Notes under the pieces: generated by a model
The model's database searches: none
What the model was told of the DNA's origin: nothing
Seen by the model: only the letters and a program-made list of their open reading frames with translations
Assembly: GCA_049646285.1 (NCBI GenBank)
Contig: JBARVN010000065.1
Coordinates: 40-64,039, forward strand
Reading direction: 5' to 3'
Origin: Albidovulum sp.
GTDB taxonomy: Bacteria > Pseudomonadota > Alphaproteobacteria > Rhodobacterales > Rhodobacteraceae
Length of the DNA: 64,000 nucleotides
Program-made: the position numbers and the translations under genes
Part shown: one piece after another, positions 47,423 through 57,491 of the stretch
How positions within the stretch are numbered: the first letter of the stretch is position 1
Layout of the letters: every line of letters begins with the position of its first letter

Positions 47423-48169
47423 TCAGCGCACGGCTTCGATTGGCCCATTTGCCCGCCCGTGTATAAATTGCTGTACGTAAGCATCTGATGTTTCATCCAT
47501 TTCCGTAATTGGCCCGGTCCACTGGATGACGCCGTCGTGAAGCATCGCAACCCGGTCGGCGATTGCCCGCACTGACGTCATGTCATGAGTGATGGTCATT
47601 GCGGTGGCCCCCATTTCGGTCACGATTTCGCGGATCAGCTCATTGATGACACCGGCCATGATCGGATCGAGACCGGTTGTGGGCTCATCGAAAAAGATGA
47701 TCTCGGGTTCGGCTGCTATGGCGCGGGCAAGTCCGACGCGTTTTTGCATGCCGCCAGATAATTCGGCCGGGAAGAGATCTGCCACTTCGGGCTTCAAGCC
47801 CACGCGGCGCAGTTTTTCAATGGCAACATCGCGTGCTTCGTCCATCGGCCGTTTGAGTGAACCGCGCAAAAGTCGGAAGGCTACATTTTGCCAGACCGGC
47901 AGACTGTCAAACAAAGCACCCCCTTGAAAGAGCATGCCAAAACGCGCCAGAAACGCATCGCGTGACGCAGTGCTTGCATCTTGCCCGTCTACAGTAATGG
48001 TTCCGTGATCGTGGTGAACAAGACCCAGTATGCATTTGAGAAGAACGGATTTTCCAGTGCCGGAACCGCCGATGATGACCACGCTTTTTCCTTTCGGAAT
48101 CGTCAGGTTCACCCCACGCAGGACTGTGTTCTTACCAAAGCTTTTATGAATATCTGAAAGAGTAATCAT
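47423..48169 (-). CDS. MlaF-like ABC transporter ATP-binding protein
   Basis: GGSGTGKSVLLKCILGL, LSGGMQKRVGLARA and IIFFDEPTTGLDP motifs. Start is ATG 48169, overlapping the mlaE-like stop. The ORF-track N-terminal extension was rejected. Confidence 0.9.
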   Translation of the reverse strand: MITLSDIHKSFGKNTVLRGVNLTIPKGKSVVIIGGSGTGKSVLLKCILGLVHHDHGTITVDGQDASTASRDAFLARFGMLFQGGALFDSLPVWQNVAFRLLRGSLKRPMDEARDVAIEKLRRVGLKPEVADLFPAELSGGMQKRVGLARAIAAEPEIIFFDEPTTGLDPIMAGVINELIREIVTEMGATAMTITHDMTSVRAIADRVAMLHDGVIQWTGPITEMDETSDAYVQQFIHGRANGPIEAVR

Positions 48170-48951
48170 GCTGCGAAAAACACCTCTGTCAGCAGGTAGT
48201 TTGCCGTCAGGATCATCACCGAAGCTGCGACCACTGCCGATTTTGTGGCACGCCCCACGCCTTGCGCACCACGGCCCGATTGCATGCCATAGTAGCACCC
48301 CATCAAGGCCACGATAAAGCCGAACGCCGCCCCTTTCCAAAGGCCCGACGCGATGTCCCAGAACTCAAGAAAGTTGCGGGTGTTTTCCATATAGGTGGCT
48401 GGATTGAAGCCAAGCCGGTTCACCCCAACCAAAAAGCCGCCCAAAATGCCAATGCTGTCACCGACAGCCACCAAGACAGGCACCGCGAGCGTTGCTGCAA
48501 GAACGCGCGGAACTGTGAGGTATTTCATTGGGTTGGTCGACAATGTTGTCAGGGCATCGATCTGCTCAGTCACTTTCATCGTGCCAATTTCCGCGGCAAT
48601 GGATGAGGCAACCCGCGCCGCAACCATCAACCCGCCCAGCACCGGGCCCAGTTCGCGCACCATGCCAATGGCAACGATAGAGGGCACCACGGCTTCGGCC
48701 GAGAAACGTGCGCCACCTGCATAGATCTGCAATGCCAATGCGCCTCCGGTGAAGAGTGCGGTCAACCCGACCACCGGTAAGCTGAACCAGCCGATCTGCA
48801 GCAATGCCTGCGCGAACTCTTTAGGGTAAAATGGCGGGCGGAACAGGTGGCTGATCACCTCGGCCGCAAAAAGAGCGATCCGGCCCATTGCGGCGAGACC
48901 TTGCAATGTCAGGCGGCCTAATGCGGCGATGGGGGTCAGAAGCGTTGTCAT
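48166..48951 (-). CDS. MlaE-like ABC transporter permease
   Basis: 261 aa. MlaE/YrbE family pattern (GGALALQ..., [18 protein letters not shown]). Confidence 0.9.
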   Translation of the reverse strand: MTTLLTPIAALGRLTLQGLAAMGRIALFAAEVISHLFRPPFYPKEFAQALLQIGWFSLPVVGLTALFTGGALALQIYAGGARFSAEAVVPSIVAIGMVRELGPVLGGLMVAARVASSIAAEIGTMKVTEQIDALTTLSTNPMKYLTVPRVLAATLAVPVLVAVGDSIGILGGFLVGVNRLGFNPATYMENTRNFLEFWDIASGLWKGAAFGFIVALMGCYYGMQSGRGAQGVGRATKSAVVAASVMILTANYLLTEVFFAA

Positions 48952-49997
48952 GTTGCACTGCCTGCATAATGTCTTTGGTAGCGTGATCCAAGCGCGGTCA
49001 GCACCTCATAGCCGATTGTTCCCGCCGCATCGGCCAAGCTGTCGATACTTTGCTGGGCCCCTAGAACCTCTAGCCAATCAGGCATATTTTCCAAATGGCT
49101 GACATCGACTGCGATCGTATCCATAGATACCCGTCCGACGACCGGGCAGGGGACTGCGCCGGAATGCACTGTGGCCTTATGAGACAGGGCGCGAAACAGA
49201 CCATCCGCATAGCCTGCGCCCAATAGTGCAACCAAGGTTGAGGCGGGCGCGATCCAGGTGTTGCCATATCCGACACTCTCGCCTGCCTGAACCGAGCGAA
49301 TTTGCAAGACAGGCAAGTCCAACTTCACCACCGGCAGTGCTTCAATGAACGGTGCGCCACCAAACAGGCCAATCCCCGGGCGGATCAGATCAAAATGATA
49401 GTCCGGCCCCAACAGCGTGCCACCTGTTGCCGCCAATGATCGCTGCACGTTCAGCCCACCTGTCATGCGCCTGAACGCGGCAAGCTGGGTTGCATTCATC
49501 GGATGATCGGGCAGATCAGCGCAAGCCAAGTGCGACATGACCAATCGTGGCCCTTCGTTGACCAAGCTGGGGGCCAATCCCATCCAATCTGTCTCTTCCA
49601 GCCCTAAACGGTTCATGCCGGTATCAAGCTGCAGGCCGAACGCATGTCCGGGAAGGGCGCTTCGATGCCGCGTGATCTGGTCTGGAGTGTTCAGGAGTGG
49701 CACGAGAGCGGCGTCTGAGATCAGAGGCGCATCGCCGCTCATATGGCCGGAAAAGACGAAAATCTCTGGTCCCGGTCCAAGAATTTGGCGCAATGTGGCG
49801 CCTTCTTCCGCTAGGGCGACGAAAAAGCACCGTGCGCCTGCGGCGGCCAGTGTGTTCGCCACTGGTTTCAGGCCAAGCCCATAGGCATCGGCTTTGACCA
49901 CAGCCGCCGTTTCAACGCCGGGGCCGGATATCCGATCGAGTGCGCGCCAGTTGGCGGCGATTGCGTCAAGATCGATCTGGAGTTGTGCCTGAGCCAT
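48948..49997 (-). CDS. alr: alanine racemase
   Basis: The PLP-lysine motif [11 protein letters not shown] is near the N-terminus. 349 aa. Conserved dnaB-alr order. Confidence 0.92.
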   Translation of the reverse strand: MAQAQLQIDLDAIAANWRALDRISGPGVETAAVVKADAYGLGLKPVANTLAAAGARCFFVALAEEGATLRQILGPGPEIFVFSGHMSGDAPLISDAALVPLLNTPDQITRHRSALPGHAFGLQLDTGMNRLGLEETDWMGLAPSLVNEGPRLVMSHLACADLPDHPMNATQLAAFRRMTGGLNVQRSLAATGGTLLGPDYHFDLIRPGIGLFGGAPFIEALPVVKLDLPVLQIRSVQAGESVGYGNTWIAPASTLVALLGAGYADGLFRALSHKATVHSGAVPCPVVGRVSMDTIAVDVSHLENMPDWLEVLGAQQSIDSLADAAGTIGYEVLTALGSRYQRHYAGSAT

Positions 49998-50100
49998 ATG
50001 CGGGGTTTTGACAGCTAGGCGCGCGCCGTCAAGCGAAAAGGCCGATGCCTGTCAGTAAAGCAGCACGCAGTTTTTCGGTCACATTGCCGGTGCACGACGC

Positions 50101-51591
50101 CTAAAACCCGTCGCCGCCCTCTTGTTGCCATGGGCGGACAAGATTGCCGAACCGCGTAAAGCGCCCTTCAAAGCTCAGCTCGATGGTGCCGATTGGGCCG
50201 TGGCGTTGCTTGCCGATGATCACTTCGGCTTTGCCATGCACGCGCTCCATCGTATCTTGCCACTTGGCCATGGCTTCCAGATTGTCGTCGCCGGGCTTTT
50301 CCCGTTCTTTGTAGTATTCGTCACGGTAGACGAACATCACGACATCGGCGTCTTGCTCGATCGAGCCGGATTCGCGCAAGTCAGACAGTTGCGGGCGTTT
50401 ATCTTCGCGGTTTTCCACCTGGCGTGACAGCTGCGACAGCGCAATGACCGGGATGTTCAGTTCTTTCGCGATGGCTTTCAGACCTTGGGTGATCTCGGAC
50501 ACTTCCTGCACCCGGTTTTCCTTAGAAGATCCTTTGAGAAGCTGAAGATAGTCGACCATCAACACATCCAGCCCATGCGTGCGCTTCAATCGCCGGGCGC
50601 GGGCGGCGACCTGACTGATGGGAAGTGCGGGTGTGTCATCAATGTAAAGAGGGCAGGCTTCCAGCGCTTTGGCTGCTTCAACAAAGCGGCGAAACTCTGC
50701 CTCGCTCATGTCACCGCGGCGGATCTGTTCTGAAGGCACTTCGGACGCCTCAGACAGGATACGGGCGGCCAGCTGTTCGGCGGACATTTCAAGCGAGTAA
50801 AATCCAACCACGCCGCCATTGACCGTGCCCTCGACACCCTCGGGTGTGATGCCGCGCTTATAGGCCTTGGCGATGTTGAATGCGATATTGGTGGCAAGCG
50901 AGGTTTTGCCCATCGACGGCCGACCGGCCAGGATCAGAAGGTCGGAAGGGTGCAGCCCGCCAAGCTTTTTGTCCAGATCAACCAGACCGGTGGAAATTCC
51001 GGCCAGCCCGCCATCACGCTGATACGCCGCATTTGCGACCATCACCGCGTCTGTGACGGCCTTAAGGAAGGATACAAAGCCTTTTTCAGCCGTGCCTTGC
51101 TCACCCAGCGTATAAAGGCGCTGCTCGGCATCGACGATCTGTTCTTTTGGGTCGTTGTCGACCTCGATGGTCTTGGCGCGGGCTGTGATGTCTTGACCAA
51201 GGCGCATCAACTCGCGACGCACAGCCAGCTCATAGATCATCTGCGCATAGTCGCGCGCGGCAAAGGCCGATATGGCAGAGCCTGCAAGACGGGCAAGATA
51301 GGCCGGGCCGCCCAGCTCTTTCAGGCCTTCATCCTCTTCCATATAGCCTTTAAGCGTGACCGGAGAGGCCAGCGCATTCTTTTGGATCCGCGCGACGGCA
51401 ATCTCAAAGATACGCTGATGCACAGGTTCAAAGAAATGCTCGGCCTTCACCAGTGATGCGATCCGGTCATAGATATCATTGTTCGTGAGGATGGCGCCCA
51501 ACAGCTGCTGCTCGGCCTCGATATTATGCGGAAGAGCATCGGTTTCCGCCGGTACTGGCACCGGCCGAATTGTCGCCAGATCGTTCATCAT
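50101..51591 (-). CDS. dnaB: replicative DNA helicase
   Basis: LPHNIEAEQQLLGAIL N-terminus, Walker A AGRPSMGKTSLATNIA and the SGSIEQDADVV motif. Confidence 0.97.
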   Translation of the reverse strand: MMNDLATIRPVPVPAETDALPHNIEAEQQLLGAILTNNDIYDRIASLVKAEHFFEPVHQRIFEIAVARIQKNALASPVTLKGYMEEDEGLKELGGPAYLARLAGSAISAFAARDYAQMIYELAVRRELMRLGQDITARAKTIEVDNDPKEQIVDAEQRLYTLGEQGTAEKGFVSFLKAVTDAVMVANAAYQRDGGLAGISTGLVDLDKKLGGLHPSDLLILAGRPSMGKTSLATNIAFNIAKAYKRGITPEGVEGTVNGGVVGFYSLEMSAEQLAARILSEASEVPSEQIRRGDMSEAEFRRFVEAAKALEACPLYIDDTPALPISQVAARARRLKRTHGLDVLMVDYLQLLKGSSKENRVQEVSEITQGLKAIAKELNIPVIALSQLSRQVENREDKRPQLSDLRESGSIEQDADVVMFVYRDEYYKEREKPGDDNLEAMAKWQDTMERVHGKAEVIIGKQRHGPIGTIELSFEGRFTRFGNLVRPWQQEGGDGF

Positions 51592-51771
51592 TGTCCCCCG
51601 TTTCTTGTGAAAGGGATACGCGCATCACCGCCCCGGACGCAAATTGTATATCGCTGTGGATGGTCTGTGGACAACACGCCGCATGCGCTATCTTGGGGGG
51701 CGGGGCGGCATTATGTCAATATGTGGCCGTGGCAGGGTGTCCGACACGGCTGACTATTGCCCATATCAGAG

Positions 51772-52452
51772 TCAATTTTTTGAACGGGCCGCTTGCCACG
51801 CGCGGGGGTTGGTCAAGAAGCTTTCCACCTCGGTCAGCGTGGCACCATCGAAGACTTCTGATTCGCGCGCCTCGGCCAAAACATCCCACCATGTGCAAAG
51901 ATGGTGGAGCGCAACGCCGTGGTCGCCCAGCACCTTCACCGTCTCGGGGAAGATGCCGTAATAGAAGATCACCGCAGTATTGGCACACGTTGCCCCCGTC
52001 TCACGGATCGCATCCACGAAGCTGAGTTTGGAGCCGCCATCGGTGGTCAGATCTTCGATAAGCAGCACGCGCTGGCCTTCGGTCATAACACCTTCGATGC
52101 GGGCATTGCGCCCGTAGCCTTTGGGTTTCTTGCGAACGTAGGTCATTGGCAGGGCCATCCGTTCGGCCACCATCGCGGCAAAGGGAATGCCCGCGGTTTC
52201 GCCACCGGCGATATTGTCAAACGCCTCAAACCCCGCTTCGCGCATGACGGTGACAGAGAGAAAATCCATCAAGGTCGAGCGGATGCGCGGATAGGAGATC
52301 AGCTTGCGACAATCGATATAGGTGGGCGAAGGCAGGCCAGAGGCCAGAATGAACGGATCTGCCGCATTGAAATGTACCGCTTTGATTTCCAGCAGCATAC
52401 GCGCCGTCAGTCGGGCGATTTCCTCTTTGGGGGGGAAGGAGCTTGGGATCAT
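51772..52452 (-). CDS. pyrE: orotate phosphoribosyltransferase
   Basis: PRPP-binding motif [13 protein letters not shown]. 226 aa. Confidence 0.92.
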   Translation of the reverse strand: MIPSSFPPKEEIARLTARMLLEIKAVHFNAADPFILASGLPSPTYIDCRKLISYPRIRSTLMDFLSVTVMREAGFEAFDNIAGGETAGIPFAAMVAERMALPMTYVRKKPKGYGRNARIEGVMTEGQRVLLIEDLTTDGGSKLSFVDAIRETGATCANTAVIFYYGIFPETVKVLGDHGVALHHLCTWWDVLAEARESEVFDGATLTEVESFLTNPRAWQAARSKN

Positions 52453-52551
52453 GGGTCAGTTCCTTACTGCGGTTTCATTTCGGCGAAGGCATCTTAGCCG
52501 AAGGCGACGGGCGTGCGTCTTTTGCGGGAATATTTACGCCAAGCGGAATGG

Positions 52552-53592
52552 TCAATCCGAGACTTTCCACAAAAGCGGGAAGCCCGGGTCAAACACAGTC
52601 ACCGGCCCCACGCCGGTCATGATTTTGTCCGGGTATTTGACCGGGTCGCCTTTGGTCAGGGTCAGGCGTGCTTCGTTGGCGTCCAGCCCGTAAAAGCCCG
52701 CACCGTTCAGCGAGGTGAATGCTTCCAGCCGGTCCATTGCGTTTTCGTCTTCAAACACATGTGCGAGGATTGACATGGTGTTGGTGGCCGTGAAGCAGCC
52801 AGCACAGCCGCAGGCATGCTCTTTCAGCTGGTCCGCATGGGGCGCGCTGTCGGTGCCCAGGAAAAATCGTGCCTCTCCGCTTGTCGCGGCTTCGCGCAGG
52901 GCAAGCCGGTGAGTTTCGCGCTTGGCCACGGGCAGACAGTAATAATGCGGCTTGATCCCGCCTGCGAGAATATGGTTCCGGTTGATGATCAGATGGTGCG
53001 TGGTGATCGTGGCACCGAGATCGTCGCCACCCGATCGCGCATAGGCCACACCCTCTTTCGTGGTGATATGTTCCATCACCACCCGCAAACCCGGCGTTGC
53101 ACGACGGATCGGGTCAAGCACGCGGTCAATGAACACCGCTTCCCGGTCAAAGATATCGATCTCTGGGTCGGTCACCTCGCCGTGCAGGCACAGGGGCAGG
53201 CCTATCTCGGCCATCTTATCCAGAACACGGCGAACCTTGTCGAAATCGCGCACGCCCGAGCCGGAATTGGTGGTGGCCCCGGCGGGGTAAAGCTTGACGG
53301 CTTTGATCAGACCTGAGGCATGCGCTGCTGCCACATCGGCAGGGTCAGTCGCTTCGGTCAGATAAAGCGTCATCAACGGTGTAAAATCTGCGCCTTCTGG
53401 TCGTGCGGCCAGAATGCGGGTCCGGTACGCTGCGGCCTGCGCCTGTGTCACCACCGGCGGCACGAGGTTTGGCATGATGATCGCCCGCATAAAATGCCGT
53501 GTTGTTTCAGGCAAAATTGCTTCCAGCATCGCGCCATCGCGCAAGTGCAGGTGCATGTCGTCTGGTCGGCGAAGAGTGATGCTATCGGTCAT
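52552..53592 (-). CDS. pyrC: dihydroorotase (homodimeric type)
   Basis: [24 protein letters not shown] and LGTDSAPH match the E. coli-type PyrC motifs. Confidence 0.93.
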   Translation of the reverse strand: MTDSITLRRPDDMHLHLRDGAMLEAILPETTRHFMRAIIMPNLVPPVVTQAQAAAYRTRILAARPEGADFTPLMTLYLTEATDPADVAAAHASGLIKAVKLYPAGATTNSGSGVRDFDKVRRVLDKMAEIGLPLCLHGEVTDPEIDIFDREAVFIDRVLDPIRRATPGLRVVMEHITTKEGVAYARSGGDDLGATITTHHLIINRNHILAGGIKPHYYCLPVAKRETHRLALREAATSGEARFFLGTDSAPHADQLKEHACGCAGCFTATNTMSILAHVFEDENAMDRLEAFTSLNGAGFYGLDANEARLTLTKGDPVKYPDKIMTGVGPVTVFDPGFPLLWKVSD

Positions 53593-53826
53593 GATCTGCC
53601 CCTAGCGCGATACGCCAGGAATTTCCAGACCTTCAGTATCCCACGTTTTGAACTGAGCCAATCTACGGCCCGATACTCATCGCTGAAATGTGTAATCGGT
53701 ATAGAGCCAGAACCTGCTAAACTAACCATGACGGTGTCGTTTGACGCCCCCGCCGCCCTGATTGGCCTCTATTGACGATCGGTTTTGGGCGATGCCGCCG
53801 ATGATGGCAATGTGGGAGTATTTACC

Positions 53827-54687
53827 ATGGCGACGACAATCGGCAATCCGCTATCGTGGGGCACACGCATACTGCGCCGAGCCGGACAAGACGTAGGTGA
53901 CGTGGCGCGCGAGTTGGGTGGCGTAGAGCAGACCGAACCACAAGTGCGCCAGATAGAACTGGCAGATCTGCGGTCAGCCCTTCAGCATGGTCTGGCAGAT
54001 TTTATGGCATTGCGCACCGACGTTTTGACCGCCGCTTTGCTTTATCCAATCATCGGTGCTTGCCTGATATGGGCGGCGGTCGAGAGAAACCTGCTTCCAC
54101 TGGTTTTTCCTCTGATCTCGGGCTTTGCCCTGATCGGGCCTGCTGCTGCCGTTGGGCTTTATGAGATGAGCCGACGCCGCGAAGCCGGTGAACCCACCAG
54201 TTGGGCCGACGGATTTTCTGTCATCGCATCGCCGCGTTTCGGCGCCATTCTGGTGTTGGCGCTGGCGCATTTTCTATTGTTTTTCGTCTGGATCTTAGTC
54301 GCTTACGGGATATTCATGGTCACATTGGGGCCGGATGTGCCGAAATCTGCCACGGCATTCTTTTCGGAAACACTGACCACGGGGCCCGGCTGGGCAATGA
54401 TCGCGCTGGGTATCCCGGTTGGGTTTGTGTTTGCCTGCATTGTGCTTTTCGTCAGTGTGGTGTCGTTTCCATTGCTGATCGACCGGCCGGTGGGCTTACC
54501 GGTGGCGGTGGTGACATCCCTTCGTGTGGCGCGAAAAAGCCCGCGTATCGTATTGTTGTGGGGGGCAATCGTGGCAGGCTGTCTGGCAGCGGGCGCTGCG
54601 CTGTTTCTTCTGGGTCTGGCGGTGGCACTGCCGATTTTGGGACATGCCAGCTGGCACCTTTATCGCCGCGCTGTTGAGCCTGCATAG
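53827..54687 (+). CDS. DUF2189 domain-containing membrane protein
   Basis: Polytopic. IELADLRSALQHGLADFMALRTDV...LISGFALIGPAAAVGLYEMSRRRE resembles DUF2189. Start set at ATG 53827 with a GGGAG RBS. Confidence 0.72.
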   Translation: MATTIGNPLSWGTRILRRAGQDVGDVARELGGVEQTEPQVRQIELADLRSALQHGLADFMALRTDVLTAALLYPIIGACLIWAAVERNLLPLVFPLISGFALIGPAAAVGLYEMSRRREAGEPTSWADGFSVIASPRFGAILVLALAHFLLFFVWILVAYGIFMVTLGPDVPKSATAFFSETLTTGPGWAMIALGIPVGFVFACIVLFVSVVSFPLLIDRPVGLPVAVVTSLRVARKSPRIVLLWGAIVAGCLAAGAALFLLGLAVALPILGHASWHLYRRAVEPA

Positions 54688-54817
54688 GCCTTTAGCACGG
54701 TCATTATCCGCCGACATGTGGGGGAGTGGGCAAGATCGGGGTTGCTCTGACCGGCAGAACCCCGCAGATTTAATGGTTAAGGGCGCACAAAGCGCTTGGT
54801 AACGAACAGGCGATCTG

Positions 54818-55126
54818 ATGAAGCACACCCTGACCTTAGTAACTTTCACTCTGGCTTTGACGGGATGCACCGCTGACCCGGGCTTCGTTGGCGTATCGGG
54901 TGTGCGTGAGGCCACCGCAGCCGAGGTCGCACAATGCGCCTATGTCTCAGATTTTCGTATGAAGCCGGGTGTGTACGGTGTTTTGGCGGAACAAGGCGTC
55001 AGATATGCCCGAAACCGCATTATGTCGGATGCCCTGAATGCCGGCGCGAATACGGTTGCCTTCGACCCTATATCGCCTGGCGTGACAGTGACCGAGCTTC
55101 ACGCAGTGGCCTATCGCTGCCCGTAA
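54818..55126 (+). CDS. small lipoprotein (DUF4156-like)
   Basis: Lipobox LALTGC. C-terminal ...NAGANTVAF...AVAYRCP pattern as in DUF4156 lipoproteins. Confidence 0.6.
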   Translation: MKHTLTLVTFTLALTGCTADPGFVGVSGVREATAAEVAQCAYVSDFRMKPGVYGVLAEQGVRYARNRIMSDALNAGANTVAFDPISPGVTVTELHAVAYRCP

Positions 55127-55210
55127 CGGCGGTTCTGGTCGGATTTCGGCCCGATTGCCACGGTATTCAGTCTGACAGAAGTCTACGCTTGGTCGGGCAC
55201 AGGATGCTGG

Positions 55211-56170
55211 TCAATGTGATTTGGGCTTTGGCAGCGCATTTCCTTCAGAAGCAAGGATGCTTTCCAGCTTTTCCAGCCGGGCTTTGAACTTGCCAGCACC
55301 AAGCCGTTCACTGACATTGCGGCACAAGAGTGCGGCCAGCAAAATTCGTCCATCTCCTTCAAGCCGCGCCAAGATTGCCAACAGGTAGGGCCGGTAGTTG
55401 CGCCGCCCCCGATAGAAGATCCGAAACAGCTTTTCATCAAAGTTGCCGGTGCATGCCGCGACAAGAATCGAAGGCAGAATGCGCATCTGGTCCATGGCAT
55501 AACCGACGTCGCGCCCGAGGTTGCGGCAGGGCAGCAACGTCGTCCATGGGCGCACGAAAAGGGCCGCATGCATGGCATCCAAATTTTGCTCAGGGTCGAA
55601 GAGCACATAGACGGAGCCAGCCCCTTCCGTCATGTCCGGGGCATAGCCGTAGCGATCGGTGAAGGAGGTCCGGCGCATTTCCGCAAAGCGCGGATCCCAT
55701 CCGGCGATGCGTGGATCAAGGGTTGCTTGTGGCGCCGCCAGGATCACGGTCGCCCCCGGTGCAGCCACAGAAAACGCCGCCGCCGCATAGCCCGCCATGC
55801 CGGACCCAAAAAACACAACCTGTTCGAAATCCTCAAAAAAGGCATCGTCGACCAGCTGATCAAAATATGCATAGACGTTTTGATCGCGATACCAACTTTC
55901 ATTGCAGGCGATCAGGCACAGATGCGACCACCGGCGTCCTTTGGCCACGTGATAGCCCAGCGGCAGTTGTCCCGGCTGATGCGCTCGCATGCTGGCAACC
56001 GTTTCAAACGTGACGATCAGGGTCGGACCGGCATCCACAAACAAGGCGGCATGCGACTTGCCCAGCCGCCGAAAATGGCCGTTCTCTTCGCCGATACGTT
56101 CGATGCGCGCGAACCAGTCGGCTTCGGACAGGGACGCTATGTCCACTGCACTCGCGTTGTCGTCTTGCAT
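55211..56170 (-). CDS. hypothetical protein (319 aa), family not recognised
   Basis: Long ORF with normal amino-acid composition, co-directional with and 128 nt downstream of the glycosyltransferase gene. Confidence 0.6.
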   Translation of the reverse strand: MQDDNASAVDIASLSEADWFARIERIGEENGHFRRLGKSHAALFVDAGPTLIVTFETVASMRAHQPGQLPLGYHVAKGRRWSHLCLIACNESWYRDQNVYAYFDQLVDDAFFEDFEQVVFFGSGMAGYAAAAFSVAAPGATVILAAPQATLDPRIAGWDPRFAEMRRTSFTDRYGYAPDMTEGAGSVYVLFDPEQNLDAMHAALFVRPWTTLLPCRNLGRDVGYAMDQMRILPSILVAACTGNFDEKLFRIFYRGRRNYRPYLLAILARLEGDGRILLAALLCRNVSERLGAGKFKARLEKLESILASEGNALPKPKSH

Positions 56171-56298
56171 TACCCACCCAAACCCACACGCTGTCTACAC
56201 GTCAATTTGCGCGTGAAATGCCGTTGGTGGCAAGGTGTCGGTTTAGGCAGGTCTGTTTTTATTCAATTTATTCTAAGCCACTGTTTCAGTTGACTGCG

Positions 56299-57432
56299 TC
56301 AATCTTTGGCACTGCGCGGATCTGTTTCCGACCCATCGGTGGTTGCGGCCGCGAGCGCGTAGCCTGCCAAGATTCGGTGTTGCGCTGCAGACAACACGCG
56401 GCTGGGCGGTGTCATCATCAACCGTCCGTATAACCCGCGCCATCTCTCTTCACGCATCAAGGTCTGAAAACGCGTCTGTCGCCACGCCACCGCCGCCTTA
56501 TGCAAGGGGCCAAGCTTTGGATCCGCCCGCAGGTCATTGCGCAGGGGCGCGCTTTGCGGCAGGAGCGCCAGAACTGAGGTGTCTTCGCAATCGCAAAAGT
56601 TCCGCTCGACCCAATAGGACATGTCGAACGTTGACGCCTCGCGGTTGGCGCGCCCACGGTCGCATTTCAGAAGATAGCTTTCCATCGATCCAAGCGCGTA
56701 GTGGTTCAGCTGAACCAGCTGATAGTTGTCGCGCCCATAGCGCGAAAAGATCTGTCCGGTGCGATAGGCCGGGGGCAGGGGCCTGCCAGAGCCGTCGAAC
56801 CAGCGCTGATCCACCATACGCGCCCGGTCGGGCTGACGCGGGCGGTGCACGCCAAGCTTGCCGTAGCTGCCATCATTGCGAAATAGCGTCTTGAACATCG
56901 CCGCACGCCACGGCCACCCCATTACCGCCGGGGCGGCAAGCGTAAATTCCTCGGTGACGGGGCGGTCTTGATAACTTTGAAGTCCGGCATTGCCAAACAG
57001 CCGCCACGTCAGCGCAATCGCGGTTGCTTCGGGCAAAGCCGTCAGCAGCGCCGTTATGGTTCTGTCGCCGACGTGAATGTTCACATATTCGTCGATGTCG
57101 ATAAAAAGCACCCAATCTGCATGGGCTTTCAAGGGATGCGCGTCAGCGGCCTTCAATGCGGCCCATTGCGGGCCTTTCTGATGCGGTCCGTCATTGCGGA
57201 TATGTGTCAGCCAGCCCATGTCCTGAAGTCGGCTCAGCATGGCGTCGGTGCCGTCATCACAATCGTTGGAAAACACAAGAAAGTCTGTAATTCCGATGGC
57301 CCGGTGATGTGCCAGCCAATCGATCAAGAACGCGCCTTCGTTGCGAACGGTCAGAACGGCAAGGACCGAGGGGCTATCCGAAGCCATGACACGCGCCCAT
57401 TGTTCGGGGACCAAAACCGCCAGCAAGGGCAA
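56299..57432 (-). CDS. glycosyltransferase family 2-like protein (Glyco_tranf_2_4 type)
   Basis: VRNEGAFLIDWLAHHRAIGITDFLVFSNDCDDGTDAML...FIDIDEYV matches the GT-A fold DxD pattern. An alternative start is ATG 57387. Confidence 0.75.
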   Translation of the reverse strand: MPLLAVLVPEQWARVMASDSPSVLAVLTVRNEGAFLIDWLAHHRAIGITDFLVFSNDCDDGTDAMLSRLQDMGWLTHIRNDGPHQKGPQWAALKAADAHPLKAHADWVLFIDIDEYVNIHVGDRTITALLTALPEATAIALTWRLFGNAGLQSYQDRPVTEEFTLAAPAVMGWPWRAAMFKTLFRNDGSYGKLGVHRPRQPDRARMVDQRWFDGSGRPLPPAYRTGQIFSRYGRDNYQLVQLNHYALGSMESYLLKCDRGRANREASTFDMSYWVERNFCDCEDTSVLALLPQSAPLRNDLRADPKLGPLHKAAVAWRQTRFQTLMREERWRGLYGRLMMTPPSRVLSAAQHRILAGYALAAATTDGSETDPRSAKD

Positions 57433-57491
57433 CGAGAGGTGTGTTCAGATCAATCATATCTGCAGACCTACACGTTCGCACCGGTCACGGT

